DNA of 49,326 nt from Paraglomus brasilianum (Eukaryota): NCBI GenBank assembly GCA_910592345.1, contig CAJVPI010000144.1, positions 1 to 49,326 on the forward strand, in the 5' to 3' direction. The position numbers were made by a program, and so were the translations under genes. The first letter of the stretch is position 1. The number at the start of each line of letters is the position of its first letter. Positions 1-10,523 of this stretch are shown here, one piece after another. Under the pieces are notes generated by a model. It made no database searches. It was not told where the DNA came from and was given only the letters and a program-made list of their open reading frames with translations.

Positions 1-84
1 ATATTTGATTTGCATAATACCCGGGTCTTTTACAATTTTTTCGGCCTAAACTGCTGCAGGGTACTATACATAGGGGGGTATTTT

Positions 85-1420
85 AGTCAGCGCTCTGCGG
101 TAGTTTTTTAATCAATCCGAAACTACCATCACACTTAAATTTAGTATGTCCCGGTACCATAAAATTTAATTCGATACTTTCATAATGACCGCAAATAACT
201 AAATACAAATAAAATCAAATGGTTGCATTATTTTTATTCTGTCCACCCGCATTATCACAAGTAATTTTTAAATGTTTTTTGCCTTTATTCAATCTCTTAA
301 TTCCATTGAATACCAGGTTCAGTGTGCCATTAGGGCCTTTACCGATAATTTTGTTTTCATCGAGAACGTAATTAATTTGTTCGCGTGCTGCTTCATCTTG
401 AATGCTAAATAAATGCACTTTACGCGGACTGAGGTAATAAATTTTACTCACCTGTTGATCAGAATAGGGTACGTGAACGCTTTGCGCTCAATCGTAACTA
501 TAATGAGCAGTCGCGTCAATGCTACAATAGGCTTTACCTCTTGTTATAAAATGCTCATTTACTAATTTTCTCTGTTGTTCTGCTAATTTCGTATTTTTGT
601 GGTAATAATTTCTCTCAGATTTAGCCTTAACTAGATGTTCTTTGAATTTTTCAATAAATCTTTCGCTTCTTCTTCCTTACGAGCATTATACTGTAAGCCG
701 TTCCGAAAATGTTGGCACGTGTCACATAAATCCGTTCTTGGACTCATAATTTGAATATACGGCGTTAATTGGTGCCATAATTTGCGGAACGCATCATATT
801 TTAACGATTTCAAAGTGCTATTGTTTTCGAGACTCGCAATAAAATCACGATAAACCGATTTGTAAGTCGTTTCTGCTGGCAAAAGTGTAAGCGATTGAGT
901 AATTCGGTTGACATTTCTACCAGGACTTGGTAATCCGTGTATTTCGGCGTAATTCTTGAGAAAATTCTTCACGGCAGTAGCAACAGTTATATCAATGGTT
1001 ATTTTGGTTTTCCATCGCGGTACTCGTTTGATGTTACCGTGAATGCGTGGTATTATACCATTCGTTGCTAGATAATTTCTAACGTTTTCGAAGTGAGTGC
1101 GACCAATTCCTAACATATTGAGATACGTTTTCTGGCAAAGAGGCGTATTGCGATCTCAGTAGTAAAATGTTCGCTTATTAGTACGCATTTTCTTTTTAAG
1201 ACGTCGACTAGTAGTTATTTCTCCACCATTCATTGCTTTCAGTTGGGCCATTAAAAATACATCTTGTTCGGATCTGGAGAGAGCTTGAAACGCTTCACGT
1301 AATTCAGCAAAATTTTCTCTCGGAATTATTTTCGAGGAATTATTTTCGAGCAGCCACAAACGCAACCTACAGAATATCTGTAGACAACTCATTAATATCA
1401 GATAGATTGTTCTCGAACTA
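85..1420 (-). pseudogene. Sola-like (DUF7869-type) DDE transposase relic, copy 1
   Basis: The joined minus-strand frames give PRTDLCDTC, AHYSYD*AQSVHVP, ITCDNAGGQNKN and LNFMVPGHTKFKCDGSFGLIKK. These match the D..DNxxGQNKN..GHT..D motif pattern of Sola-type transposases. There are three in-frame TGA stops (1156, ~488, 215) and a frameshift at ~650, and the frame ends near 85. Confidence 0.8.
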
Positions 1421-1548
1421 ATCTACAAAATCCTTACTAAATTTGTTATTGTAGTATGTGTTAAGTTGATTGGCCGGCGCGTGTGTGCAAACGGTTAAGC
1501 GGTTAAGCGCGTTTTTCAGTGACAAACTTGTTACGCGCATAAAATAAA

Positions 1549-3910
1549 ATGTCTATTCCCGGCACACACAAATATTTTGAACGAGCATATTTTGAGTGGA
1601 GTATTATTGGGTTTTTGAACACTTGTATTGAAGAACCGTTTCAAGCAAAGATAAGCCTATATTTAACAAGCCTTAAGATTCTTATGGAGCACGAGGAAGG
1701 AAGAAAGAAAGACAAAGCTCAACAGTTTTCTGATAAATACAACAAGGCGAGTATAACTTTTGTCGCAAAGGGTGAGATAACAAATAAAGTGGGGTCGCAA
1801 GAATCTCGAAGTTTCTTGTAACTGTAAAGTCTTCAAAGTCGAAACCACGAAACTGGATGTTGGGGCCCAGGTGATCTCGAAGTTCGCCTGATAGCTTATA
1901 AGTCTTCTAAGTCGAGCCAACGCCGGACCCATTGGACGCAGAAGATCTCGAAGTTCGGCTGACGTTCTGATGGGAATGTTAATTAGACGGGATTAGATAA
2001 TGTTGAGAATGGTTACTAATTTATCTGGATAATGCATTTTAAGGGACCTCGGATCGATCGTAAATTGGCAAGAAGGTGGGAACGTGAACGTACACGTAAG
2101 CAAATCTACTTCCATAACCCAGTGGTAAACGGGACTGTAAGTGGGACTCTGACTGTAAACGGTGGTGTCAACGGGACTATCAGCGGTGAAGACTTTAATG
2201 TAGAAACTGTGCCAAAAAAAAAAAAGAAATCGGGAAGAGGTTTGTATGCAAACATTGTCAGAACCGTTTGAGTGTCATGTCTAATCTTAATCTTTAAAAT
2301 AAGGAAGAAGATCTGAAACGTACAAGAATCAACCGATGTCAAAGTATAAACCAAGGAAAAACTCCGGATTATTATCAAAAAACGTTTGTCTCATCTGAAG
2401 TGGAGAAGAATGTATGCTATGTATGCTTGTGTTATTTCCAATATTGTTTTGTGTTTTCATTAATATTGATTGGTTTTGCTTTCCTGCAGACTTTAGATAA
2501 GGAGATCGATGACTTTTTCCAGGCAGGTTCGGATCACAAACGGCTAAGCTTCAATGAAATAAAGACATCGGTAAGTCTTCCAAGCAAGAGGATGAGGCAG
2601 AGACAGGCTGAGTTACTGGTCGCAACAAATTAACTTATACTTTTACTGCTAATTAGACGCCACTGAACGACCAAGCGAAATGTGAAACAGTTCCTCCAGC
2701 ACATCACATGGCTTGGGAGGATCCCTTCGTTGATGATTATACTGATGATGACTGCGTTGATGACAAGAGCCTGATTATGACTACGTTGACGAGAAGACCA
2801 CCAATGATAAGTCTAATACATCCCCAATTGAGGCAGATTTGGTCAAATTCCAACAAGCTTACTTAGCCATGGACCCAGATCGTATGTGGACACTGAAAAC
2901 TGGTACTAAAGTAGAGACAGTTGTGTACGAATTTGCTAAAAGCCTGCGCAGAGAATCCTATCTTCATTCTTTTATAATCAACGATGCTGATGCCGAAACG
3001 AGATCATTATTTTCACCCGAAGAATGGAAAGAAATTAGAACTTTCAAAGCCAAGGAGAAGCCAAAACTTGATCCCTGTCACAAGAACTTGTTAAAAAAAT
3101 ACACAACGAATGATATTAGAAAGCTAAGATCACTTCTCTTCGAATCATTTACACCCGACGGCAAAGAATATAATCGGAACGATCATTTCTGTCTTGATTA
3201 TATAAATAACGCTTATCGCGGAATCTTACGTTTATGGGAGATGGACAACAATCCTTTTGATTCTTCGAGATTAGAGGGATGGTTCGCGATGAACATCTGG
3301 AGCCGACTTATCGATCCTGCATTAGACGATTTAAATGTTAATTTGATCCGTGGCGAGGGGATGAGCTTCGCTTCCAGCGAAAGGAAGAACGCTCAAAGGA
3401 AGGTCAACACTTATAAAAAATTCGGAAGAAAAGGAGATGGCGTCTTCAGGTTACCCAACAGTCGTTTAGAAGTCGGTGCAATTGAAGCCGGAAGGAAATA
3501 TGAAGAGAAAAGCGGTACGAAACATTTGTCCGATTCGCTTAAATTGTCTAAAATGCTGAAGGACATGATGGATAAATTAATTAAAGAGTACTCAATGGTG
3601 CAAATAGGCTACAAGTTCTAACCGTCGACCGTCCTAAAGGATATGTTACTCGAATGAACCATAATAATATTCAAGAAGTCGCTGGCAGGTTGACAAACAC
3701 CAAACCGCTTGCACTTGTATTAAAGGAAATTTTGTATGTACGATCTATTATCACCGCAACAATGGATATAATTGATAAACATGATTTAGACATTGACACC
3801 TTTCTTTTGATGACGATGGTTATCACACACCTCCAACCAATACCGTAGCGAACACATTTACAACGCCGCCAAATAAACCACGAGCAAAAAAAAAAGATCA
3901 ATAAGGTTAT
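1549..3910 (+). pseudogene. Multi-exon gene with C-terminal PD-(D/E)xK restriction-endonuclease-like domain, frameshifted
   Basis: Exons deduced at 1549-1746 (GC donor), 2044-2239, 2304-2411, 2490-2570 and 2657 onward. The C-terminal region reads RGEGMSFASSERKN...GRKGDGVFRL...LEVGAIEAG...DSLKLSKMLKDM. Frame breaks occur at ~2771, ~3590 and ~3810. Confidence 0.7.
1801..1960 (+). repeat. Three spaced copies of an ATCTCGAAGTT motif in intron 1
   Basis: gaatctcgaagttt at 1801, gatctcgaagttcgcctga at 1873 and gatctcgaagttcggctga at 1943, about 70 bp apart. Confidence 0.7.
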
Positions 3911-4616
3911 TAGAATATCAATATCACATTGTGACATAATTATTTTACGTAATAAAGATTTCGCCAATTCGTAATATAAATGTCTAGTCCGATAAAATAT
4001 CATTGAATTAGTTATTATTATTACTAATTATTATGTAAGTTTGCTCTTGGTACAAAGGCTTGATAACAATGAAGGCTTACGAATCCGAGTCATGAACTTT
4101 CGCTTTTTTATAGGACCTAGTGGATAACTACTTTTCGAATTGAATCGACAACTAACTCCGTAACCCAGCGGTCATTTACCTTCCGTATACATAACCTGTT
4201 GGAAAAGCGGAGAAAACGTTTAAGACAATACATTCTCATGACTGTAAATGAGAGAGACAAGGATTAGCAAGCATAAATCCCGACATATTCATGACTATAA
4301 CTGAGAGATAGGAGGATATACCAGGTAGAATGCTATTGTATGCCATAAAATACCTGAATAAAATATAGTAGATGATTCTTAGACACACAATAACTGAGTT
4401 GAAACTTTATTTCTCGTATTAAACAAAGAGATCGGTAGAATCATGGCAGATACGATATGCGCATCCATTCCTAATATTAATATCTGTAATTATCTTCTAA
4501 TTCGCGATGACCGCCATTTGATACAAAGATAAGACCCGCTGATAAAGCGAGCAACTTGACTGTTGGATAAAATTAGGAGGCATAGTATATTGTTGCAAAT
4601 CACTGGACAAAATTGA

Positions 4617-5092
4617 TTACTTCGATACGGATTCTTGTGCCACGACTTTATTACCCTCAATTGAAAGACCCAAATTTTTTATAAAGTTGAAAAAAACCCG
4701 AGTTTTTGAATTTTGGATTTGTTTCCCCACTCACAGTGTCCATCAACTTCCTGGCGGTTCTTGCAAGTTCAGAGTTAGTATTCCCAGCAGATTCTTGGTT
4801 TTGGAATTCAGATGCCCACGATGATTCTTGCGTTTGAAATTCTGATTGCCAGACTGCACCTGGAATGAATAACAAAATCAAGCGTTAACAAGAAAAAGTA
4901 TTGTGAGCGTTGATACAGCAATATTGTGTCAACAATAAGACGGTACTGATAACACGTCCGACAAATTCAAGCCAAAATTTCGTTCATTCTTACAATTTTC
5001 CGCCTCCTCAAACGCTTTTTCGAATGCCGCTGCCTCGTCGGGATCGATATTCGTGGGTGATGTAAATTGGACAAAATCTTCAGCCCAATTAC
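4617..5092 (-). pseudogene. PEX5: PEX5 (long form)/PEX20-like fragment with WxxxF motifs and Pex7-binding segment, no TPR domain seen
   Basis: Exon 5092-4994 encodes NWAEDF...AAAFEKAFEEA. A GT-AG intron spans 4993-4860. The next exon encodes WQSEF, WASEF and ELARTARKLMDTVSGETNPKFKNS. Removing one T from a T7 run gives FFNFIKNLGLSIEGNKVV. Confidence 0.75.
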
Positions 5093-5399
5093 CTATTTCA
5101 AAAATGAATTGGTTTAAACATACCTAATCAAACTCATACTAGTGGTGTTCAACAAAGACAAAAATAGTTCACATGTATGTGACTGATTTGGTAACGACTG
5201 AGAAATATTATAACTAGTACCAATGCTCTTCCGAAATTCCGATCTTAGAACCTTTGGAATGTAATTAAAAGGGATCGATCATGCTGGGTTAATCGTTCCA
5301 TATCATATCGAATGATAATGTGTAATGTGATAAACAATGGTGCTAATCGAATTAATTGTGAAGAACAATACAGTGGTGAATCTCAGAGTTGGAAAGTAT

Positions 5400-5780
5400 T
5401 CTTAATAAAACATTAAAAAGGGAAATTGAAGAATATAAAACAACATATCGATATCAAATGACTAAAATAAATGAACTAGAAACATATTAAAAATAATTTA
5501 TCACAAATTAACGAACTAAACTCTATTATCAGAAAAATCAATCAAAGTTTGATGAATTAAAGGAACTGTTAGAAGTGAAAGATGAAATAATTAATGAACG
5601 AGAAGAACTATTAAAATTAACATTCCCCAATGGATTGGGGTTAAGTTAACTAATTATAATAATCTTAAAAAATCGTACGACGAATGGGTTGAATTTGCTA
5701 AAAATCTTGAACAAAAGCGTAAATGTCTTGTATCATCAAAATGTGTATTAAGAAGTAAGGTTATATAGTTAAGAGGAAAA
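5400..5780 (+). pseudogene. Decayed coiled-coil coding remnant of unknown origin
   Basis: Stop-interrupted K/E/L-rich stretches such as LNKTLKREIEEYK and SKFDELKELLEVKDEIINEREELLKL. Confidence 0.3.
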
Positions 5781-6022
5781 GATTGGTTGGATATAGATTT
5801 CAATAAAGCTGTTGAAGACGTAGATTTAGGGTTTTAGTTATTATTTTATTATATGTATGGAAAAGATTGAAGGAATTTCACGAGAATATTAATTTAGTTT
5901 AACATATAATAATACAGTAATTTATGTATTTCAATATCATTACATATGAATATAACAATAAATCTCAATATTAATATCCAAATTTAAATGGATGAAGAAA
6001 GGATATCATTTGCAAATAAATC

Positions 6023-6497
6023 GATATTGTGAAGGAGCTTGTGAAAAAAAGAACCAAGTATTCACTAAAAACGGAATAACAAATGATAGCTTGGAAGATT
6101 TACAATGAACGTAGTCTCCGTTAGATATTGTGAAAAAGAACTGAGTATTCACTAAAAAAATGATAGTTTGCAGATATTGTGAATGAAAAAGAACTGAGTA
6201 TTCACTAGTACTAGTACTAGATATAACTAATTCATAAATCGATGGACAATTTGGTGAACGAGTTCAATAGAACGTATCAAGATGCGAACTGAAAACATTA
6301 GTCTCTGTTAGACATAGTGAACAAATTCATGAAAAATATTAAGCATATACAATTTATTAGATGAGAAGAAAATATATTAGCATAAGATGTAATAAACAAG
6401 ATTAGATATATTAAACGAATTCATGAAAACGAATAGGTATGGAAAACACAATCTCCGTTAGACATAGTAAACGAATTCATAAAACGAATATTAAGCA
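6023..6497 (+). repeat. Degenerate tandem repeat array
   Basis: gatattgtgaa...aaaaagaac(c/t)(a/g)agtattcacta occurs three times (6023-6207). Related tctc(c/t)gttaga(t/c)a units occur at ~6114, ~6302 and ~6452. Confidence 0.7.
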
Positions 6498-6712
6498 ATT
6501 ATAAGTGCGCGACATATGCATAAAGTTAACGAGTTATTAAGTTGTTTTTATAAGTTTTTTGCACGCAATATCATGACGTATTAATATTGTTACTAATTTC
6601 ATCTTGTGGCCAGTTTATAATAAAAAACATTGACTTTATTTCCATCAAATAAACAACAGAAACAAACTAATAAATAAATTCCAAACTCGAATCTATACCT
6701 ATGTTCTCTGTT

Positions 6713-7363
6713 TTAATCTGTGCTATTGCTACTAGGGGTAGGAGTGGGATCGGAATAGTAAGAGGAAGAAGAAGAAGAAGTATAATAAGGTTGAGGGGGA
6801 GGGGGTTTTTTATTACCATTGCAGTCTTCGACAGGTACTACTTTTGCAATCCCCAAAATAAACTCTTTAGTGGCAATAGCAAACTCGTTCACCACAAAGC
6901 AACATTTGTCTTTGATGTCTTTGATTGATTTAGGACTAATGCCGAGGTCGTCGGAATTGGTGAGGATTGGTTCGTCGAAAAATCGATCATCCAAGTCGAT
7001 AATAGCAGGGTCGCTAGGTTCCGCGGTGTCGGCCGAGCTGCAATCGGCTACGTGAAGATCATATGAGAAGGCCCCAATACTTCCGTCTGTTACACCTCCA
7101 ACTGTTACACCATCAATGTCGATAAAGCCACTGGTTTGCAATTTGTTTTTGGGTGACTCCGTGAATGAGAGAATACCGTTAAATGTGTTGCCAAGATAAT
7201 TGGGCCGGGTGGAGATGATCACATCGCCTTTATTAAACACACATGCAGAAACAGGACAACATTCTTTATTCCATTTCTTTTCAAGAGGCGATGCATTAGC
7301 TGGTGTAGAGATTACGGCGAGAAGGGTGACAAAGAGAAAAATCAAGTAGGCGGCTTGGCTCAT
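6713..7363 (-). CDS. Intronless secreted Cys-rich protein, 216 aa, Cu/Zn-SOD-like fold (inferred), Pro/Tyr/Ser tail
   Basis: Clean ORF with a hydrophobic signal peptide ending ANA-SP, a PLEKK dibasic propeptide, 7 Cys and a C-terminal KKPPPPQPYYTSSSSSSYYS. Confidence 0.85.
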   Translation of the reverse strand: MSQAAYLIFLFVTLLAVISTPANASPLEKKWNKECCPVSACVFNKGDVIISTRPNYLGNTFNGILSFTESPKNKLQTSGFIDIDGVTVGGVTDGSIGAFSYDLHVADCSSADTAEPSDPAIIDLDDRFFDEPILTNSDDLGISPKSIKDIKDKCCFVVNEFAIATKEFILGIAKVVPVEDCNGNKKPPPPQPYYTSSSSSSYYSDPTPTPSSNSTD

Positions 7364-7475
7364 TTTCGTTGAGTAACTTGACAGTAAACTGTGTCGTTAT
7401 AGAAGGGTTGATTGCTGTTCGTATGAAATTGTCGACTCGTTACTGAGCTGTCGGATAAGAGTTTGAATTCCGTTG

Positions 7476-7483
7476 TTTATATA
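7476..7483 (-). promoter_or_regulatory. Candidate TATA box of the secreted protein gene
   Basis: TATATAAA on the minus strand, about 115 bp upstream of the ATG at 7363. Confidence 0.45.
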
Positions 7484-7507
7484 GCTGCAAAAAAAAAATC
7501 AAGTTAA

Positions 7508-7786
7508 TATTGAACAATATTTTAACTATCGAGTATGCAATAGTTTAGGAATAGATATCAAGTATTGATTGAACAGACGCATTATCAGTTTAAGATTTTT
7601 CTATTTTTAAAAATAAAATCGCGTATGGACAATGGATCGCTTTTTATGCGCTAGTCGATAATAATCTATTGAACAATATTTTAACCATCAGTATGCAATA
7701 GTTTAAAAATAGATAATCAAAGATTAATAGGACAGATGCATTATCAGGTTTAAGGAAAAGATGAAAGTCGCGTATAGACAAAGGAT
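7508..7786 (+). repeat. Diverged ~160-bp tandem duplication
   Basis: tattgaacaatattttaac...agtatgcaatagttta...gcattatcag...tcgcgtat occurs at ~7508 and ~7667. Confidence 0.8.
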
Positions 7787-7932
7787 TACTATTTAAGTAT
7801 GAGTCTGTATTGTTTTGGACTACTCAAAGGTCGAAACTACAATGTCGCCAATATAAACAACTCTAAGTATTTCTAAGTTGCTGCATGGAAATTTCGATCT
7901 TTTCATTGAGTTATTGCTAAAAAGGATGTCAT

Positions 7933-8094
7933 AAAAAATTTTTCATTGTCATGGGTCATTACTCTTTTTTAGATAACAAGATCACGAAGCATGCTGTCTT
8001 TGCATCAGAATTTACAAAATTTTTTTTCATTGTCACGATCATTGCTCTTTTTTTAGATAAAAAATCACGAAGCATACTGTCTTTGCATCAGAAT
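7933..8094 (+). repeat. ~82-bp tandem duplication
   Basis: ttttcattgtca...ctctttttttagataa...atcacgaagcat(g/a)ctgtctttgcatcagaatt occurs twice. Confidence 0.85.
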
Positions 8095-8182
8095 TATGAA
8101 CATTATATTTCTACATCGAAACCGAGAATCTTTTTCTAAAGTTTGAATACCTAATGTTAATTGTGACACTTCGCAAATATAG

Positions 8183-8256
8183 CAAGTTGATCGTCGAGAA
8201 CATGTATCTATGTAAATAAAAGTTGATCGTCGGGAACATGTACCTATGTAAATAAA
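8183..8256 (+). repeat. 36-bp tandem duplication
   Basis: aagttgatcgtcg(a/g)gaacatgta(t/c)ctatgtaaataa occurs twice. Confidence 0.85.
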
Positions 8257-10523
8257 TGGCAAGTTAATAAACACTGTTGTTAATTGAAAATATGTTGTGT
8301 ATATGCAAAGTTAGCGGCGTGCGTGGGAAGATGGTGTTGTATGATCATATTACCAATGAGAATTATTTATATACGATCATCCATCTTATACTATCGAATT
8401 TATTCTTTTTAAAAATACCGACTATCCCTTATTTTTTTGCAATTCAGGATCTACAACATGCATTATTATTATATCAGATGAGTTAAAGATAATGCAAGTT
8501 AAAAATAATTCATTTCGTTGGATGACGATGAAAGAATAAGAGCGAAAAGTCTATTTAGAATTGTAAAAGATTGGTGTTACGACATACTTTTAAAATTGTC
8601 TTATTACATTAATGAGATTATATATTCGGACTAAAGTTGAATAAATTAGTATGTTTATCATTATTAGCAATTAGATTTAAAATGTCGTACGACATACAAT
8701 CATAGAGCCAATAAATGATAAATACAGTTCACGTTTATTAGACACGAGACGCGAGTGATTTTCATAGGATATAAATTTTGTGTACCGTGCGATGCAAATA
8801 CTTTGAGACGGGAAAACTCGTTCATGTTGGTACCAAACATTCTTCCGAGCCTAGACTTCCGCCTTCTGTACTTTCAGTACTCTAAATTATTCGTAAATAT
8901 ACTGATAATTTGGTTAATGAGTTCAATAGATTGTAAATATCATTACTGAATAATCAACAGGAAAGTTGGACGCTCCGTGATCTTAGTTAATTAGGCTGAG
9001 AGGATTATTGTCCAGAATATCAGGATCAATATCGTCTACAAGATAATTTATTCCTGAAATACCCGAAGAAGAATCTTTGAAGATTTTGAGATCAATGACG
9101 ATATTTAGCTGAACTATATTAATATGATAAACTTGTAAATAATTAGTTTATTGGATGACGAAGAATTTAAATTATACGTTCTATTACTTATTTAATAAAA
9201 GAGATTTTTTTATTTATAAATTATTATATATAAAAACATGAAAAAAAAAAAATTACAAGACAAGTTACAACACATATCTTCTCTTTTCTCTCCTTTTTCA
9301 ATGTTAACATTAATTCCTTCTCCCTCTCTTCCCCCCTTTTCAATGCTATTTCCACCATCTCTTTCAATTCTTGTTTGTCGCTGCATTGTGTGGAACAATG
9401 TCTATCCCTCCCTTTCTGCGAGAGCACGCAGGTTAAGAGCAACAAAGTCTCTCAGATCCTCTTTTTTTCTTTATTCATTTTCTGCTTCTTGTACATAATA
9501 CTAACGTATGAGCGAGAAAGATTTTGTTATTTGGTTCTTTCCCAATATTGATCGAAATATCTGTACATTCTCCAGTTTTTCGTAAAGTCAGATAAAAGAC
9601 TCGAAGACGAATCGACTATGTAACTCATTTTGTAGCGTGGTAAGCTTACAAGTCGCGTTGTTTAACTGGTGCGTGATGGTGCGTGATGGGATTGTACTGC
9701 TTTCTTTAGCTAATCTGCAAGTAGAAGTATTTCATATGGAATAAAACCACCTGTGATAAAGTCTATGTTAATTATCTACGAATACTTTCCCATTTGATAT
9801 TGTGTACGAAGGTCGTCACGCTAAAGGACAAATGCATGATTTAAAAATAATAGACAAAATAGCCGAGACATTCTGATGATAAAAATGAATTTGAAAATGT
9901 TCAGCAGATTTGAAGTTACCATGGATTTTATTTCAGTGATATAGTAGAAGGTTGTCGGCAGTGCTAGAAAGACCTACTGTACGCGTTTTTTCTTATAACT
10001 ATTGCAACCGTTTAGTAAACACATTGGTAGATGTTCATTACTTACAGTAGAAATATTTGCCAATGGCAAGTAGTACTAATCAGCACGTTGATACTGTATT
10101 TGGTGATTGTCATAATATGGAGGTTGATTCCTACAGCGAATAATTCGCAAAGATTATGGCACATGTACCCAAGTTGGTTCATTCTGAGATAAGTTGAGCC
10201 CGTGAGGATGCAACTGATGTGATGTTCAGCCCCCAATGTCATTGTTTGATACATTAATTAAACATAGTAATAGAACAATTCGCTTCCGCTTTATCAGTTA
10301 ACTAATACTACTCTATCCTGAATAAGTTAAATTTCTAGCTGCACAAGTCACATATAAGATCAGTGAATCACATCAAATATCTTTTCCTGAAGTTTTGCGT
10401 CCTTTTATTAGCTACACCCAAAATATCTTTTCCTGAACCCCCTTTGGATACCATACTTAATAATGTGGATCAAAATTGTTATCGCTGGAAAAGCTGATGA
10501 AGATCCAATTTGACTAGTTATCA

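Noticed and set aside
6023..6497. Repeat array as a CRISPR-like locus
   Set aside because: The units are degenerate and irregular, the spacers are related to each other, the context is eukaryotic and there are no cas genes.
8400..10450. Short ORFs and K/E-rich stretches as genes
   Set aside because: Fragmented or low-complexity, with no recognisable motif. Probably old TE or gene debris that I cannot assign.
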